This document shows positions 8,641 through 18,551 of a stretch of DNA of 64,000 nucleotides, piece by piece. Position numbers and translations under genes: made by a program. The notes under the pieces are model-generated. The model did no database searches. It was not told the DNA's origin and worked only from the letters and a program-made list of their open reading frames with translations. The stretch spans positions 32,001 through 96,000 of IMG/VR virus record IMGVR_UViG_3300048996_000163; one strand, given 5' to 3'. How positions within the stretch are numbered: the first letter of the stretch is position 1; each line of letters begins with the position of its first letter. This stretch comes from a virus.

Positions 8641-10053
8641 GTGGGGATGACACCCACCGTCGACCTGGCTCAGGCGGAAGCGGCCGGGGCGCTGACCGAA
8701 CGTGGACTCGACGGCTTCGACGTGAACCAGGTTCGCAACGACGACGGCGAATGGGCGACAGGCGGCGCATCGAACGGCACCGCCGCGGGGATGGCGGCAG
8801 GTGAGGACCGTCTCGGTCTCGCCGGGCGCATCCAGTTCGGCGATGGCGAACGCCTCATCTCGTCCGACCGGCTCGCACCAACCCTGGACTCCGACGCCGA
8901 CCTGCTCTTCGCCGTCGTTGACGGACCCGACGGCCGCGAGCTCCGCATCAGCGCCGGCCCTTACGGCGACGACAGTGGTGTCGAATGGGACGGCGCCGGC
9001 GAGTTCACGGCGAGGCTCGACCCGCGCAGCCTCCGCCGCCTCCGCAACGACCTCGACGACGCCGGCAGGGCCGCCCGCGAGGCCGCCAAGGAAGCCGACG
9101 CAGCCTGGGACTCCGGCGGTCAACCCGACGAAAAGCTGTACGACAGGGCGGTCGTCGACGGCCACGTCGGCAACGTCCACTACGAGATGTGGCTCACCGA
9201 CGACGAACCGACGTCGTGGGTGACGCACCTGTACACCCCGTCCGCCGGGCCGCCGGGCGAAACGGACGACGGTGTGCGGCTCAACCCGAAGGACCTGAGG
9301 AAGCTGCTGGCCAGGCTCGGCCAGGTCGACACGGCCCTCACCGAAGCTGAGGCGGCGGCACTCAGCGGCGCGATGATCGCGCTCATCCCGGCAGAGTCTG
9401 ACGCGGTCCGCCTCGCTGTTGACGGCGGCGAACCGGCCAGCGAGTTGCACTGCACCCTCGCCTACCTGGGCAACGCCGCCGACCTCGACGCCGCAAAGCG
9501 GCAGGACGTCATCGACTCGGCCACCACCGCCGTCAATGGGCTGCCAATCGTCGACGCTGACGTGTTCGCGCTGTCAGTGTTCAACCCCGGCTCGACAGAC
9601 CACGATCCGTGCCTGGCGCTCGGCCTCACCGGCGGGATGCTCGCCGCCGTTCACGCCCTGATCGTCGGGTCGCTGCCGCACCTGCCGGTGCAGCATGCAC
9701 CCTGGGTGCCGCACATCACGGTGCAGTGGGGCGGGGGCCCGTCCGCGCTCGCGGAGCTGACCGACCGGATCGGGCCGGCCCGGTTCGACCGGCTCCGGAT
9801 CGCTCTCGGCGGCCAGACCATCGACGTCCCGCTCCTCGCCGAAGAGAACACCGAAGAGGACACCGACGGCTTCGAACTCCCCGGCGGTGACTGGTCGCTT
9901 GTCGAGACTGACGGCGACGGCAACAACCTGCGTACGTACCAGCGGATGGCCGAGGCGCACCACCTGGAGCAGCCCTCGGGCTCTGCGCAGCCGATGGCCG
10001 AGGCTGCTGGGCCTGTCGCCCTCGTCGAGGCCGGCCAGTTCCTCACCTTCTGA
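8641..10053 (+). CDS. Head-module protein with C-terminal 2H phosphoesterase (2'-5' RNA ligase-like) domain
   Basis: Two HxT motifs (ELHCTLAYLG, PWVPHITVQW); N-terminal FDVNQVRNDDGEW motif. Confidence 0.8.
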   Translation: MGMTPTVDLAQAEAAGALTERGLDGFDVNQVRNDDGEWATGGASNGTAAGMAAGEDRLGLAGRIQFGDGERLISSDRLAPTLDSDADLLFAVVDGPDGRELRISAGPYGDDSGVEWDGAGEFTARLDPRSLRRLRNDLDDAGRAAREAAKEADAAWDSGGQPDEKLYDRAVVDGHVGNVHYEMWLTDDEPTSWVTHLYTPSAGPPGETDDGVRLNPKDLRKLLARLGQVDTALTEAEAAALSGAMIALIPAESDAVRLAVDGGEPASELHCTLAYLGNAADLDAAKRQDVIDSATTAVNGLPIVDADVFALSVFNPGSTDHDPCLALGLTGGMLAAVHALIVGSLPHLPVQHAPWVPHITVQWGGGPSALAELTDRIGPARFDRLRIALGGQTIDVPLLAEENTEEDTDGFELPGGDWSLVETDGDGNNLRTYQRMAEAHHLEQPSGSAQPMAEAAGPVALVEAGQFLTF

Positions 10054-10096
10054 ACCAGTCCCTACCTTTCGACGCGCGCCGGGAGGTCGCTCGCCC

Positions 10097-11674
10097 ATGC
10101 CCAAGCATCGACCTCCACGACGCGCCTTCACCCCACGAACCCCCGGCCAGCAGCCGGGGGTTCCGCATTTCCGGATCAAGCTGCGGGAATCAGCGGTGAC
10201 CGCCGAGCGGGCCAGTCTGATTGAGACGAGCCTCGGCACCGTCAGCCAGTCGGGCCGGATGCTCATCCAGCTCATCAACGAGGGCCGGGGCTCCTCGGGC
10301 GCCTACGCCGCCGCCGTCCTCGAAGAGGCCGCCAGGAACCGGATCTTCGGCCGCGGGCTCGCCATCCACGCAAATCACCCGACGGCGGAAGAAGAAGAGA
10401 GCCGGCCCGAACGCAACGTCCTGGACTGGGTCGGGCAACTCGTCGAGGACGCCCGCTACGACCCGGTACGACGTGCGCTCATCGCCGAGGCGCAGATCTT
10501 CCAGCCGTGGCGGGGTGTCTTCCTCGACCCCGACTTCGCCGCCGCCGTCGGCCTCTCCATCAGGGCGTCCGGCGTCGCCGAGCACGGCACGTTCGAGGGT
10601 CAACCCGCGCTCATCGTCAAAGAAATCACCGAAGCGCAGTCCGTTGACTTCGTCACGAAGGCCGGCCGCGGCGGCAAGGTCCTCGCCCTGCTCGAGTCGG
10701 CCCGCACGAAGCTCGCCGAGTCACCGACGGAACAGATCCGGGTCGCGCTCGAACGCGCCGTCCGGGCGGCCTACGGCGTCGGCGAGCACCGCTACGCCTG
10801 GATCCGCGACTTCGACCCTGACCGGGCAGTCGTCTGGTTCGACACGGACGCCGACGGCGACAGCACCCAGACCGGCACGTGGGAGCAGACGTACGCCACG
10901 AACGGCATCGACGTGGCCCTGCTCGGCCCGCGCCGGCAGGTGACCGCGGTGACCGTCTACCGCCCCGTCGCCGACGTCCCCACCGAGGCCATCGCGTTCG
11001 GCGAGTCGGCTGAACCCACCACCGCAGATGTGACGGACGGCGCCCCGCCGACCGGCAGCACCACACCCACCACCACCGAGGAGGGCCCCGACATGTCGGG
11101 TACCAGCACCGGCGCGACCGCGTCGGCTCCGGCGGGGACGGCACCGGTCGTCGACACCGCCGCAATCCAGATCGAGGCCCGCGAGGCCGCGACCGCCCGC
11201 GACAAGGCCGCCGCGGAGCGCGACACGGCGCTGCAGGAGGCCGCGGCGCAGAAGGACCGCGCCGACAACGCCGAGGCCGAGCTCCGCCGGTTCCGGGCCG
11301 TCGAGTCCGCCCGGCCGCTCGTCGCCGCGCAGCTCGCCGAGGCTGGTCTCCCGGCCGCCGCGCAGGCGAAGGTCACGGCGGGCGTCACCGCCCGGGTGCC
11401 GCTGACCGAGTCCGGTCAGCTCGACCAGAACGCGCTCCGCACCCTCGTCGAGGCGGAGGTGACCGCGGAGAAGACGTACCTGGCGCAGCTCGCCGAGGCG
11501 GCCGGCGCCGGCACCGTCACCGGCTTCGGGCAGCAGGCGCAGCCCGCCGCGCAGACGCCGGCGTCGTGGGTAACCCCGGCGGCCGAGCCGAACGCCGCCC
11601 TGATCGAGGCATACCGCGCTCGTGGCCTCGACGCCAAGGCCGCCGAGGCTGCCGCCCGCGGTCGCGCGGTCTGA
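10097..11674 (+). CDS. Capsid maturation protease / scaffold fusion
   Basis: GGAGG RBS; GRGSSG, NHPT, GLSIRASG and SVDFVTKAGRGGK motifs; coiled-coil C-terminus; precedes capsid genes. Confidence 0.75.
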   Translation: MPKHRPPRRAFTPRTPGQQPGVPHFRIKLRESAVTAERASLIETSLGTVSQSGRMLIQLINEGRGSSGAYAAAVLEEAARNRIFGRGLAIHANHPTAEEEESRPERNVLDWVGQLVEDARYDPVRRALIAEAQIFQPWRGVFLDPDFAAAVGLSIRASGVAEHGTFEGQPALIVKEITEAQSVDFVTKAGRGGKVLALLESARTKLAESPTEQIRVALERAVRAAYGVGEHRYAWIRDFDPDRAVVWFDTDADGDSTQTGTWEQTYATNGIDVALLGPRRQVTAVTVYRPVADVPTEAIAFGESAEPTTADVTDGAPPTGSTTPTTTEEGPDMSGTSTGATASAPAGTAPVVDTAAIQIEAREAATARDKAAAERDTALQEAAAQKDRADNAEAELRRFRAVESARPLVAAQLAEAGLPAAAQAKVTAGVTARVPLTESGQLDQNALRTLVEAEVTAEKTYLAQLAEAAGAGTVTGFGQQAQPAAQTPASWVTPAAEPNAALIEAYRARGLDAKAAEAAARGRAV

Positions 11675-11690
11675 GAAGGAGAACCCAGAC

Positions 11691-12056
11691 ATGGCGAAGA
11701 ACATCGTCCGCGAGCTCGGCAACCAGCTCGCCGTCACCGTCACCGTCCCGACCGTGCCCGTCTCGGGTGACCCGGTCCGTTGGGGCGTCAAGGCCGGCGT
11801 GGCGCTCACCGACGAGGGCGCCGACGGCCGGACCACCGTGAAGTTCGACGGGACCGCGCTGCTGTCCGTGAAGGGCATCACCGACTCCGGCACGAACAGC
11901 GCGGTCACCGAGGGGCAGGCCCTCTACTACTCCGACGGCGACACCCCGCCGGTGTCGAAGAAGTCCAACGGCACGAACTCCACCCTGATCGGCCACGCCA
12001 TGGGTGCGGTCGGTTCCGGTGCGACGGCCACCATCGAAGTCCGGCTCGCGGGCTGA
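11691..12056 (+). CDS. Capsid decoration/cement protein (DUF2190-like)
   Basis: VSGDPVRWG..GVALTD, GQALYY, IGHAMGAV...IEVRL; AGGAG RBS. Confidence 0.75.
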   Translation: MAKNIVRELGNQLAVTVTVPTVPVSGDPVRWGVKAGVALTDEGADGRTTVKFDGTALLSVKGITDSGTNSAVTEGQALYYSDGDTPPVSKKSNGTNSTLIGHAMGAVGSGATATIEVRLAG

Positions 12057-12067
12057 GGAGAAGACAC

Positions 12068-13225
12068 ATGACCACAACCCTGTTCTCCGAGGCCGTCACC
12101 CGCATCGATGCGGAGTCGGCGTCGATCGCGACCCTGTTCGGCGACCGGACGGTGGTGGCTCGGCGTCGAAGCTCCGCCGAGCAGCAGCGTTACGAGCAGA
12201 ACCTGCTGGAGGCGGAGCGGTTCCTGGACGAGATCCGAGTCGGCCGCCGCCCGATCCACCACTTCCAGGAGGCGATGTCGACCTCCGACTTCCCGCTGTA
12301 CTTCACCGACTCCCTGGACCGTCAGGTGTACGGCGCGTACATGGCGACGGAGCCGACGTGGAAGAACTACGCCCGGTCGGCGACGGTCAACGACTTCCGG
12401 AAGGTGAAGCGGTTCGCTAGCAACGGCATCCGTGGCCGGCTGTCGAAGGTGAAGGAGCTGGAGGAGCACAAGCGGCGCGGCGCTTCGATCGACGAGTACG
12501 AGTACTCGATCGACAAGTACGAGGCCGGCTTCGGGCTCTCCTTCGAGATGATGATCAACGACGACCTGGACCTGTTCATGCGCCTGCCGCAGGACCTGGC
12601 CCAGTCGGCGATCGACTCCGAGGAGCTGTTCGTCACCGAACTGTTCTGCGGTCCGTCCGGCCCGATCACGCCGTTCTACAGCAGCGGCAACAACAACCTC
12701 CTGACGGGCAACCCGGCCCTGACCCGCTCGTCGCTGCAGGCGGCACTCACGCTCCTGTCGAAGCGTGTCGACGCGATCGGCATGCCGATCGCGATCAAGT
12801 CGGTGCGGCTCGTCGTCGGCCCGGGCCTCGCCCTGGCTGCGCAGGAGATCATCGAGGCGACCGAGTACCACTCCGTCGGCCCGTCCGGTGATGTGACGAT
12901 CATCCGCGGCAATGGTGTCAGCGCAAACCTCGGGGTTGACGTCAACTTCTTCATCCCGACGGTCGCGACGACCGCGAACGCGGACACGTCGTGGTGGCTG
13001 TTCGCGAACCCGGCCGACGGTCGTCCGGCGCTGGAGTTCGGTCGTCTGCGCGGCTACGAGGCGCCGGCGCTGTACGAGAAGATGCCGGACACGCAGCGCG
13101 TCGGCGGCGGCACGGTGCCGTGGTCGTTCAACCACTCCGCGGCGGAGAAGAAGATCGTCCACTGCTATGGCGGGTCCCAGGTGGACAGTCGCATGAGCGT
13201 GGCCTCAGCGGGCAACGGTAGCTGA
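12068..13225 (+). CDS. Major capsid protein (Mu gpT-like)
   Basis: EAMSTSDFP, VNDFRK, LSFEMMINDDL, LVVGPGL and LRGYEAP motifs; GAGGAG RBS. Confidence 0.88.
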   Translation: MTTTLFSEAVTRIDAESASIATLFGDRTVVARRRSSAEQQRYEQNLLEAERFLDEIRVGRRPIHHFQEAMSTSDFPLYFTDSLDRQVYGAYMATEPTWKNYARSATVNDFRKVKRFASNGIRGRLSKVKELEEHKRRGASIDEYEYSIDKYEAGFGLSFEMMINDDLDLFMRLPQDLAQSAIDSEELFVTELFCGPSGPITPFYSSGNNNLLTGNPALTRSSLQAALTLLSKRVDAIGMPIAIKSVRLVVGPGLALAAQEIIEATEYHSVGPSGDVTIIRGNGVSANLGVDVNFFIPTVATTANADTSWWLFANPADGRPALEFGRLRGYEAPALYEKMPDTQRVGGGTVPWSFNHSAAEKKIVHCYGGSQVDSRMSVASAGNGS

Positions 13226-13229
13226 CCCG

Positions 13230-13580
13230 ATGGCTGAACTGCCCCGGGCGGTGAGCACCGACCACGAGTTCTACGCCCACCACAGCGAACAGCTCGTCCG
13301 CATCGCCGACGCGATCGACGAGCAGAACGAGCTCCTGCGTCAGGTGCTCACCGCCCGGCAGGCAGACCAGCGCGACGTCACGGAGGTGTCCGCCGATGCG
13401 GGTCCCATGGCGGTCGAACTCCGTGAACCAGACCCCCCCAGCAAGACCAGTACCAAGGCAGCGCCTCCCGAACCGGCCAGCACCCCGGCACCGCCGGAGC
13501 CTGAGCCGGCCGCTGTTGACGAGAAGAAGCCCACCCGCACGGCCCGCGGTGGCCGCCGTAGCACGAAAGCAGGCAACTGA
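13230..13580 (+). CDS. Hypothetical head-associated protein
   Basis: Directly after the major capsid gene; coupled to next ORF. Confidence 0.65.
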   Translation: MAELPRAVSTDHEFYAHHSEQLVRIADAIDEQNELLRQVLTARQADQRDVTEVSADAGPMAVELREPDPPSKTSTKAAPPEPASTPAPPEPEPAAVDEKKPTRTARGGRRSTKAGN

Positions 13581-14158
13581 TGCCTCCACGGAGGACCGCG
13601 TACAGCGGCATCGTCGGCAGCGAGAACTACTACTTCGGCGGTCAGAACCAGGGCACGCTCCGCGACAACGGTGTCCGCCGTCTCGCCGGCGCCAACCTGG
13701 CCGCGCTCACCACGCAGGTCATGACCGACGTGGCCCTCTACCTGGAGAAGGGCGACCTGGTCAAGTTCCTGACGTTCCTGTCCGGTGCGACCGCCGCGGG
13801 TACGCCCACGAACTGGTGGTACGCGCTCTACGACCCGACGGGCGCCACACTGCTCGGGCAGACCGCCGACCAGCTCACCACTGCGTGGGCGGCGGACACG
13901 GCGATGAAGCTCGCCCTCGCCACCCCGTACGTGGCGCCCGCGACCGGCATCTACCGGGCCGCGATCATGGTCAAGGCGACCACGGTCCCGACCCTCGGTG
14001 GATACTCCGTACGGGCCGCCGCCTCCGCTGCAGTCGTTGTCGGGCAGGCGGTCCTCGCGCAGACGTCCGGGTCCGCCCTGACCGCCACGGCGCCGGCGAC
14101 GATCGCGACCCCGACCGCGGTCGGGACCGTGCCGTACGTGGCCGCGACCTCGGCCTGA
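13580..14158 (+). CDS. Putative virion structural protein (beta-rich)
   Basis: TGATG coupling; T/A/G-rich; similar to 14621-15196 (LYxPTGA..L.QTADQ.T.WA..MK). Confidence 0.65.
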   Translation: MPPRRTAYSGIVGSENYYFGGQNQGTLRDNGVRRLAGANLAALTTQVMTDVALYLEKGDLVKFLTFLSGATAAGTPTNWWYALYDPTGATLLGQTADQLTTAWAADTAMKLALATPYVAPATGIYRAAIMVKATTVPTLGGYSVRAAASAAVVVGQAVLAQTSGSALTATAPATIATPTAVGTVPYVAATSA

Positions 14159-14162
14159 CATC

Positions 14163-14453
14163 GTGGCCGGATCGCCTTGGCACGCGACCCTTTCCGCAGG
14201 CGTAGCCCTGCCCGTTGTCTTCGAGCAGGACTACGACCGGATCGAAGTCGTCAACGTTGACGGCACGGCAGCCGTCTACTTCCGGGTCGGGCAGACAAAC
14301 CCCGGCGTCGCCGCTGAGGGCTCCCACGTGCTGCCCGCAGCGATCGGCAGCGTCGAGCTCGACGTGACCACGTCCGGCCCGACCGAGGTCCGACTCATCT
14401 CATCCGGCACACCGAAGGTCTCTGTCCGCGGCGTCATCAACCTCACCAGGTAG
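14163..14453 (+). CDS. Putative structural protein
   Basis: Operon position; beta-sandwich-like composition. Confidence 0.55.
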   Translation: MAGSPWHATLSAGVALPVVFEQDYDRIEVVNVDGTAAVYFRVGQTNPGVAAEGSHVLPAAIGSVELDVTTSGPTEVRLISSGTPKVSVRGVINLTR

Positions 14454-14462
14454 GGGGCTCCT

Positions 14463-14624
14463 GTGACCGCTGTACTCGAGCTGCTCGCCATCGCCGGGGT
14501 CATCCAACTCGTCCTGGCCGGCCTGTCGGTCGGCGGTCCGCGGTACCGGCCGGAGTGGATGGGGCTTGCCTGCCTGGCGTTCGCGGCGATGTGGCCGACG
14601 ATCCGGTTGCTGGCGGCGACGTGA
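14463..14624 (+). CDS. 53-aa membrane protein with two hydrophobic segments
   Basis: MTAVLELLAIAGVIQLVLAGLSVGG...WMGLACLAFAAMWPTIRLLAAT; GTGA overlap with next gene. Confidence 0.55.
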   Translation: MTAVLELLAIAGVIQLVLAGLSVGGPRYRPEWMGLACLAFAAMWPTIRLLAAT

Positions 14625-15196
14625 GTGGCTCCCGGTCGTTCGGGGCAGCGCTGGCCCCGCCTCCCGCCACTCCGACGCCAGCCGACCAGAACCTGATCGG
14701 CTGGTCGTTCGACCCGGCGCTTGCCCTGTCGAACACGGGCACCGCCTCCGGCGTCCTTTCGCTGGTCGCCATCCCGGTCCGCGAGGCGAGGACTGTCGCC
14801 AACCTGCTCCTCGGCGTCGCAACCGCCGGTGTCGGCCTGACCGGCGCGCAGAACTGGGCCGGGCTGTACTCGCCGACGGGCGCGCTCGCCGGGCAGACGG
14901 CGGACCAGACGACGCCGTGGGCTTCGACGGGCATGAAGACCACGCCCCTGGCCGCTCCCGCCGCGGTGACGCCCGGCTGGTGGTGGGTCGGCATCTTGAC
15001 CAACGCCGCCACATCCAGCCCCGCGTTCGCGCGGGCCGGGGCGGGCGCTGTCGCGGGCATCTCGTCCGTCGGCCTCGCCGCGACCGCGTCACGGTTCGGC
15101 TCGTATAGCACGGGCCTGGCCGCACTGCCGGGTCAACTGACGCTCGGCTCGATCACGACAGCGACGAACGGCACGTTCTGGGCCGGACTTTCCTGA
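14621..15196 (+). CDS. Putative fibre/receptor-binding-type domain protein
   Basis: PADQNLIGWSFDPA motif; paralog of 13580-14158. Confidence 0.65.
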   Translation: MSGSRSFGAALAPPPATPTPADQNLIGWSFDPALALSNTGTASGVLSLVAIPVREARTVANLLLGVATAGVGLTGAQNWAGLYSPTGALAGQTADQTTPWASTGMKTTPLAAPAAVTPGWWWVGILTNAATSSPAFARAGAGAVAGISSVGLAATASRFGSYSTGLAALPGQLTLGSITTATNGTFWAGLS

Positions 15197-15359
15197 CCCT
15201 GCTCGACCCGGCGCGCGACGCCACAACCACTGGAGGTGCCGCGATGGCGGACGATGCTGCGCCCGATCCGGGCGTGTTCGGGTCGATGGTCGTGACCGGC
15301 GAGTGCGAGGTCATCCCGGCCGTTGAGGTCGCCAACGCTGACGAAGAGGAGCGGGACCG

Positions 15360-15740
15360 ATGACCCTCGGCCAGTCCACCACCCACGCGCACGCGATCAT
15401 CAACGTGCTGCGCGGGACGACGTACACGGCACCGGCGTCGGTGTGGGTGAAATGGCACACCGGTGACCCGGGGGCCGCCGGCACCGCGAACGCCTCGGCG
15501 ACGACGACCCGGATGCAGATGACGCTCGCGGCACCGTCCGCGGGTTCGTCGGCGTCTTCGTCGATGTCGTGGACGTCCTGGGTGCCGTCGGGCGAGACCC
15601 TGACCCATTTCAGCATCTACGACGCATCCACGGCCGGGACGTTCCTGCAGTCCGGTGCGCTCGCGGCGTCGAAGTCGCCGTCCCCTGGCGACACCGTCAA
15701 CCTGGTCGTCACCGTGACGCAGGGCCCGATCGCAGCCTGA
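15360..15740 (+). CDS. Putative virion structural (fibre-associated) protein
   Basis: HTGDPG...THFSIYDASTAGTFL motif; paralog of 18552-19169. Confidence 0.7.
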   Translation: MTLGQSTTHAHAIINVLRGTTYTAPASVWVKWHTGDPGAAGTANASATTTRMQMTLAAPSAGSSASSSMSWTSWVPSGETLTHFSIYDASTAGTFLQSGALAASKSPSPGDTVNLVVTVTQGPIAA

Positions 15741-15767
15741 TGCCGCACTCGGATCTGAGGGGTCGTC

Positions 15768-16769
15768 ATGGCGGATAACGCGCAGATAACGCCGGGCTCG
15801 GGCCTGAGTATCGCCGCCGACGACATCGGCTCCGGCGTCCTCGCCCAGCGCGTGAAGCCCGTGTGGGGCCCGGACGGAACAGGCACCGACGTTGACGTGG
15901 CGACGGCGTTGCCCGTCCAGTCGGGGTGGAAGGAACTCACCGGCTCGGCGACGGCGAACAACACCGACCTCGTGTCTACCGACGCTGCCGGTTACCGCTG
16001 GGTGACGATCCAGGTCACCGGCACGTTCGCGGCGACCGCAGCGTTCCAGCAGTCCAACGACAACACCAACTGGGTCTCTCTGCCGCTGGGCACCGCCACC
16101 GCCACAAGCGGCCAAGGTTCCGCGTTGACGTCAGCCTCCGTCACCGGTGGCGTCTTCGCCGGGCCACTGTCGTGCCGGTACGTGCGGGTCCGTACCACCG
16201 CCTACACCAGCGGCACGCCCGCCGTTGTTGTCGACATGTGGGCCGTTCCGCCGCCGGTGCTGTCCCCGATTCTCAACAGCTCGCTCGTGGTTTCCGGCGG
16301 GCAGGCGATCGGCAGCGACGCCACATCCCTCGGCTCGTTCACGTCGGTGTCGGTGGGGTCGGCGAATTTCGGCTGGAACGGCGCGAGTTGGGACCGCCTG
16401 CGCACCCCGGCGACGTTCAAGTCGGCTGCGGCGACGTCGTCCGGCAACACGGCCGTATGGACGCCCGGCGCGAGCAAAAAGTTCCGGCTCATGCGATACA
16501 AGATCGACGTGTCGCAGGACGCGGCCCAGTCGTCCGGCGGGGTCATCACGATCGGCCTGCAGGACAACACGACCGACGTCGGCCTGTCCCAGTCCGTGTT
16601 CGTCCCCGGCGCGGCGGCCACGACGATGGGCCCCGGCTGGACGTCCGGCTGGATCGACCTCGGCAACGGCCGCATATCCAGCACCATCAATCAGCTTCTG
16701 AACGTCAACCTCAGCGCGGCGCTCACCTCAGGGACCGTCCGCGTCGTCGCAATCGGCTGCGAGGAGTAG
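15768..16769 (+). CDS. Putative structural/fibre protein
   Basis: T/S/G-rich; RYVRVRTTAYTSGT and WNGASWDRLR motifs. Confidence 0.65.
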   Translation: MADNAQITPGSGLSIAADDIGSGVLAQRVKPVWGPDGTGTDVDVATALPVQSGWKELTGSATANNTDLVSTDAAGYRWVTIQVTGTFAATAAFQQSNDNTNWVSLPLGTATATSGQGSALTSASVTGGVFAGPLSCRYVRVRTTAYTSGTPAVVVDMWAVPPPVLSPILNSSLVVSGGQAIGSDATSLGSFTSVSVGSANFGWNGASWDRLRTPATFKSAAATSSGNTAVWTPGASKKFRLMRYKIDVSQDAAQSSGGVITIGLQDNTTDVGLSQSVFVPGAAATTMGPGWTSGWIDLGNGRISSTINQLLNVNLSAALTSGTVRVVAIGCEE

Positions 16770-16771
16770 CA

Positions 16772-17050
16772 GTGCAGGTCACCCGCATCACCGACGTCGG
16801 CAACGACCAGTGCGCGATCGAGGGCGTCGACGACAACAACAACGTGGTCGTCTGCCTCAACTGGACCTCCGCGACGTGGAACTACTACCCGCCCGAGGCG
16901 TACGACCCCGAGACCGGGAACCGGTGGGACCCGAGCGCCCCCGGCCGGGACATGACCGAGGAGGAGCTGCTCGCATGGGCTGAGAACCTTCTCGACACGA
17001 TCGGCGTCCCGCCCCACGGTCCCACCGCGGTCCTGTACCAGGCGCCATAG
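16772..17050 (+). CDS. Hypothetical acidic protein
   Basis: 3' part of ORF 15926-17050; GTG start after GAGGAG. Confidence 0.55.
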   Translation: MQVTRITDVGNDQCAIEGVDDNNNVVVCLNWTSATWNYYPPEAYDPETGNRWDPSAPGRDMTEEELLAWAENLLDTIGVPPHGPTAVLYQAP

Positions 17051-17083
17051 CCCCGTCCGGCCCGCGAGTCGTAGGGGGCACCG

Positions 17084-18541
17084 GTGTCGCTGCTCCTACT
17101 GCTCCGCACCCCGCCGCTCTTCGGCGACGCCGACGCGTCCAGCCCCCCGGTCGTAACCGCGAACAGCGGCAACACCGTCACCACCATCACGTTCACCCCG
17201 GCCGCGAACAGCGTGCTCGAAGCCGTCGCATGGCACGACACCGCCAGCGGCAACACCACGAACACGTCCGCCGTCACCGACTCGCTCGGCGGCACCTGGA
17301 CAGTCGAGGAAACCCGCAACAAGGCCGACAGCGGCGGGCAGAACGGGCACGTCCAACTGTCATGGCGAGCCATCGGCGGCAGCCCCGCACCGATGACCGT
17401 CACCACCACCGGCACCAGCACCGGCGGGGCGTGCAGCCTGTCCGTGCGCGTCATCGCGGGCGCGAACACCACCACACCGATCGACGTCAAATCCGAGGGC
17501 AGCAACGCCGCCGCCGTCGTCAGTCTCGCCCTCCCCGCCAGTGTCGCCGCGAACACGCGCGGCGTCGTCGCGAACGTCGACTGGAACGTCGCCGCCGCGC
17601 CGACACCCGGCGCCGGCCAGACGGGGCTCGTCTCCCGTGGCGTGGGCGCCGGCCCGGACCTGCGGATCTACCTCGGCATCCGCAGCGCCTTGACCGTCAC
17701 GCCCGGCACCGTCGAGACGATGTCGACGGCGGCACCAGCGTCGGGCAACACGAACAACACGATCGCGTGGTCGCTGAAACCGGCGGGCGGCGGCGGCACC
17801 CACAACGCGACCGGCACGGCCGCGGGGACCGCATCCGCATCCGGCTCGGCCACCGTCGACCGGAACGCGACCGGGGCGGCGTCAGGCGCCGGAGGCGCCG
17901 CGGGCACGGCCACCGCCGACCTCGCCGCCACCGGCACGACGACCGGAACGGCCGCGGCGTCCGGCGCCTCAACGGTCACCCGCGAAGCAGCAGGCACCGC
18001 CCCCGGAACCTCCGGGACCACGGGCGCGTCAACCCTCACGACCGCCGCCACGGGTACGGCCGCCGCCACCGGGACCGCTGCGGGCGCGGCAGCGCTCACC
18101 CTGTCCGCGACAGGCACAGCATCCGCCACATCTGCAGCGTCGGGCTCGGCCACCATCTCCGGCGCCGGAGCGACCGGCGACGCGAACGCCACCAGCACCG
18201 CGGCGGGTACGTCCACCGTCACCCGCAGCGCAGCCGGTACGGCGACGGGCACAGCGACTGCCACCGGCACGGCCACCGTCACGAGCCTCGGTACGGGAAC
18301 CGCCGCGGGCGCCAGCATCACCACCAGCGCAGCCATCGTCGTTCGCATCGCCACCGGCGCGGCGGCCGGAGTCTCGAGCGCTTCAGGCGCCGCGAGCATC
18401 GCCGGGACAGCGGCAGCGACGGGCACCGCGACGGCGATCGCATCCGCCACCGGCAACGCCGCCGTGTCCGGACCGGTCATCCCGGCCATCTACGCCCGTT
18501 CTCACGTCGCCCGCGCCTACACGCACCCGACCGGCACCTGA
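17084..18541 (+). CDS. Thr/Ala/Gly-repeat fibre or stalk protein
   Basis: N-terminal beta domain followed by ~22-aa ATGTAxxxxxASGxATV repeats. Confidence 0.7.
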   Translation: MSLLLLLRTPPLFGDADASSPPVVTANSGNTVTTITFTPAANSVLEAVAWHDTASGNTTNTSAVTDSLGGTWTVEETRNKADSGGQNGHVQLSWRAIGGSPAPMTVTTTGTSTGGACSLSVRVIAGANTTTPIDVKSEGSNAAAVVSLALPASVAANTRGVVANVDWNVAAAPTPGAGQTGLVSRGVGAGPDLRIYLGIRSALTVTPGTVETMSTAAPASGNTNNTIAWSLKPAGGGGTHNATGTAAGTASASGSATVDRNATGAASGAGGAAGTATADLAATGTTTGTAAASGASTVTREAAGTAPGTSGTTGASTLTTAATGTAAATGTAAGAAALTLSATGTASATSAASGSATISGAGATGDANATSTAAGTSTVTRSAAGTATGTATATGTATVTSLGTGTAAGASITTSAAIVVRIATGAAAGVSSASGAASIAGTAAATGTATAIASATGNAAVSGPVIPAIYARSHVARAYTHPTGT

Positions 18542-18551
18542 AGGAGCAGCA

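Noticed and set aside
17780-18470. DNA-level repeat array
   Set aside because: Explained by protein-level Thr/Ala/Gly repeats in a single frame.
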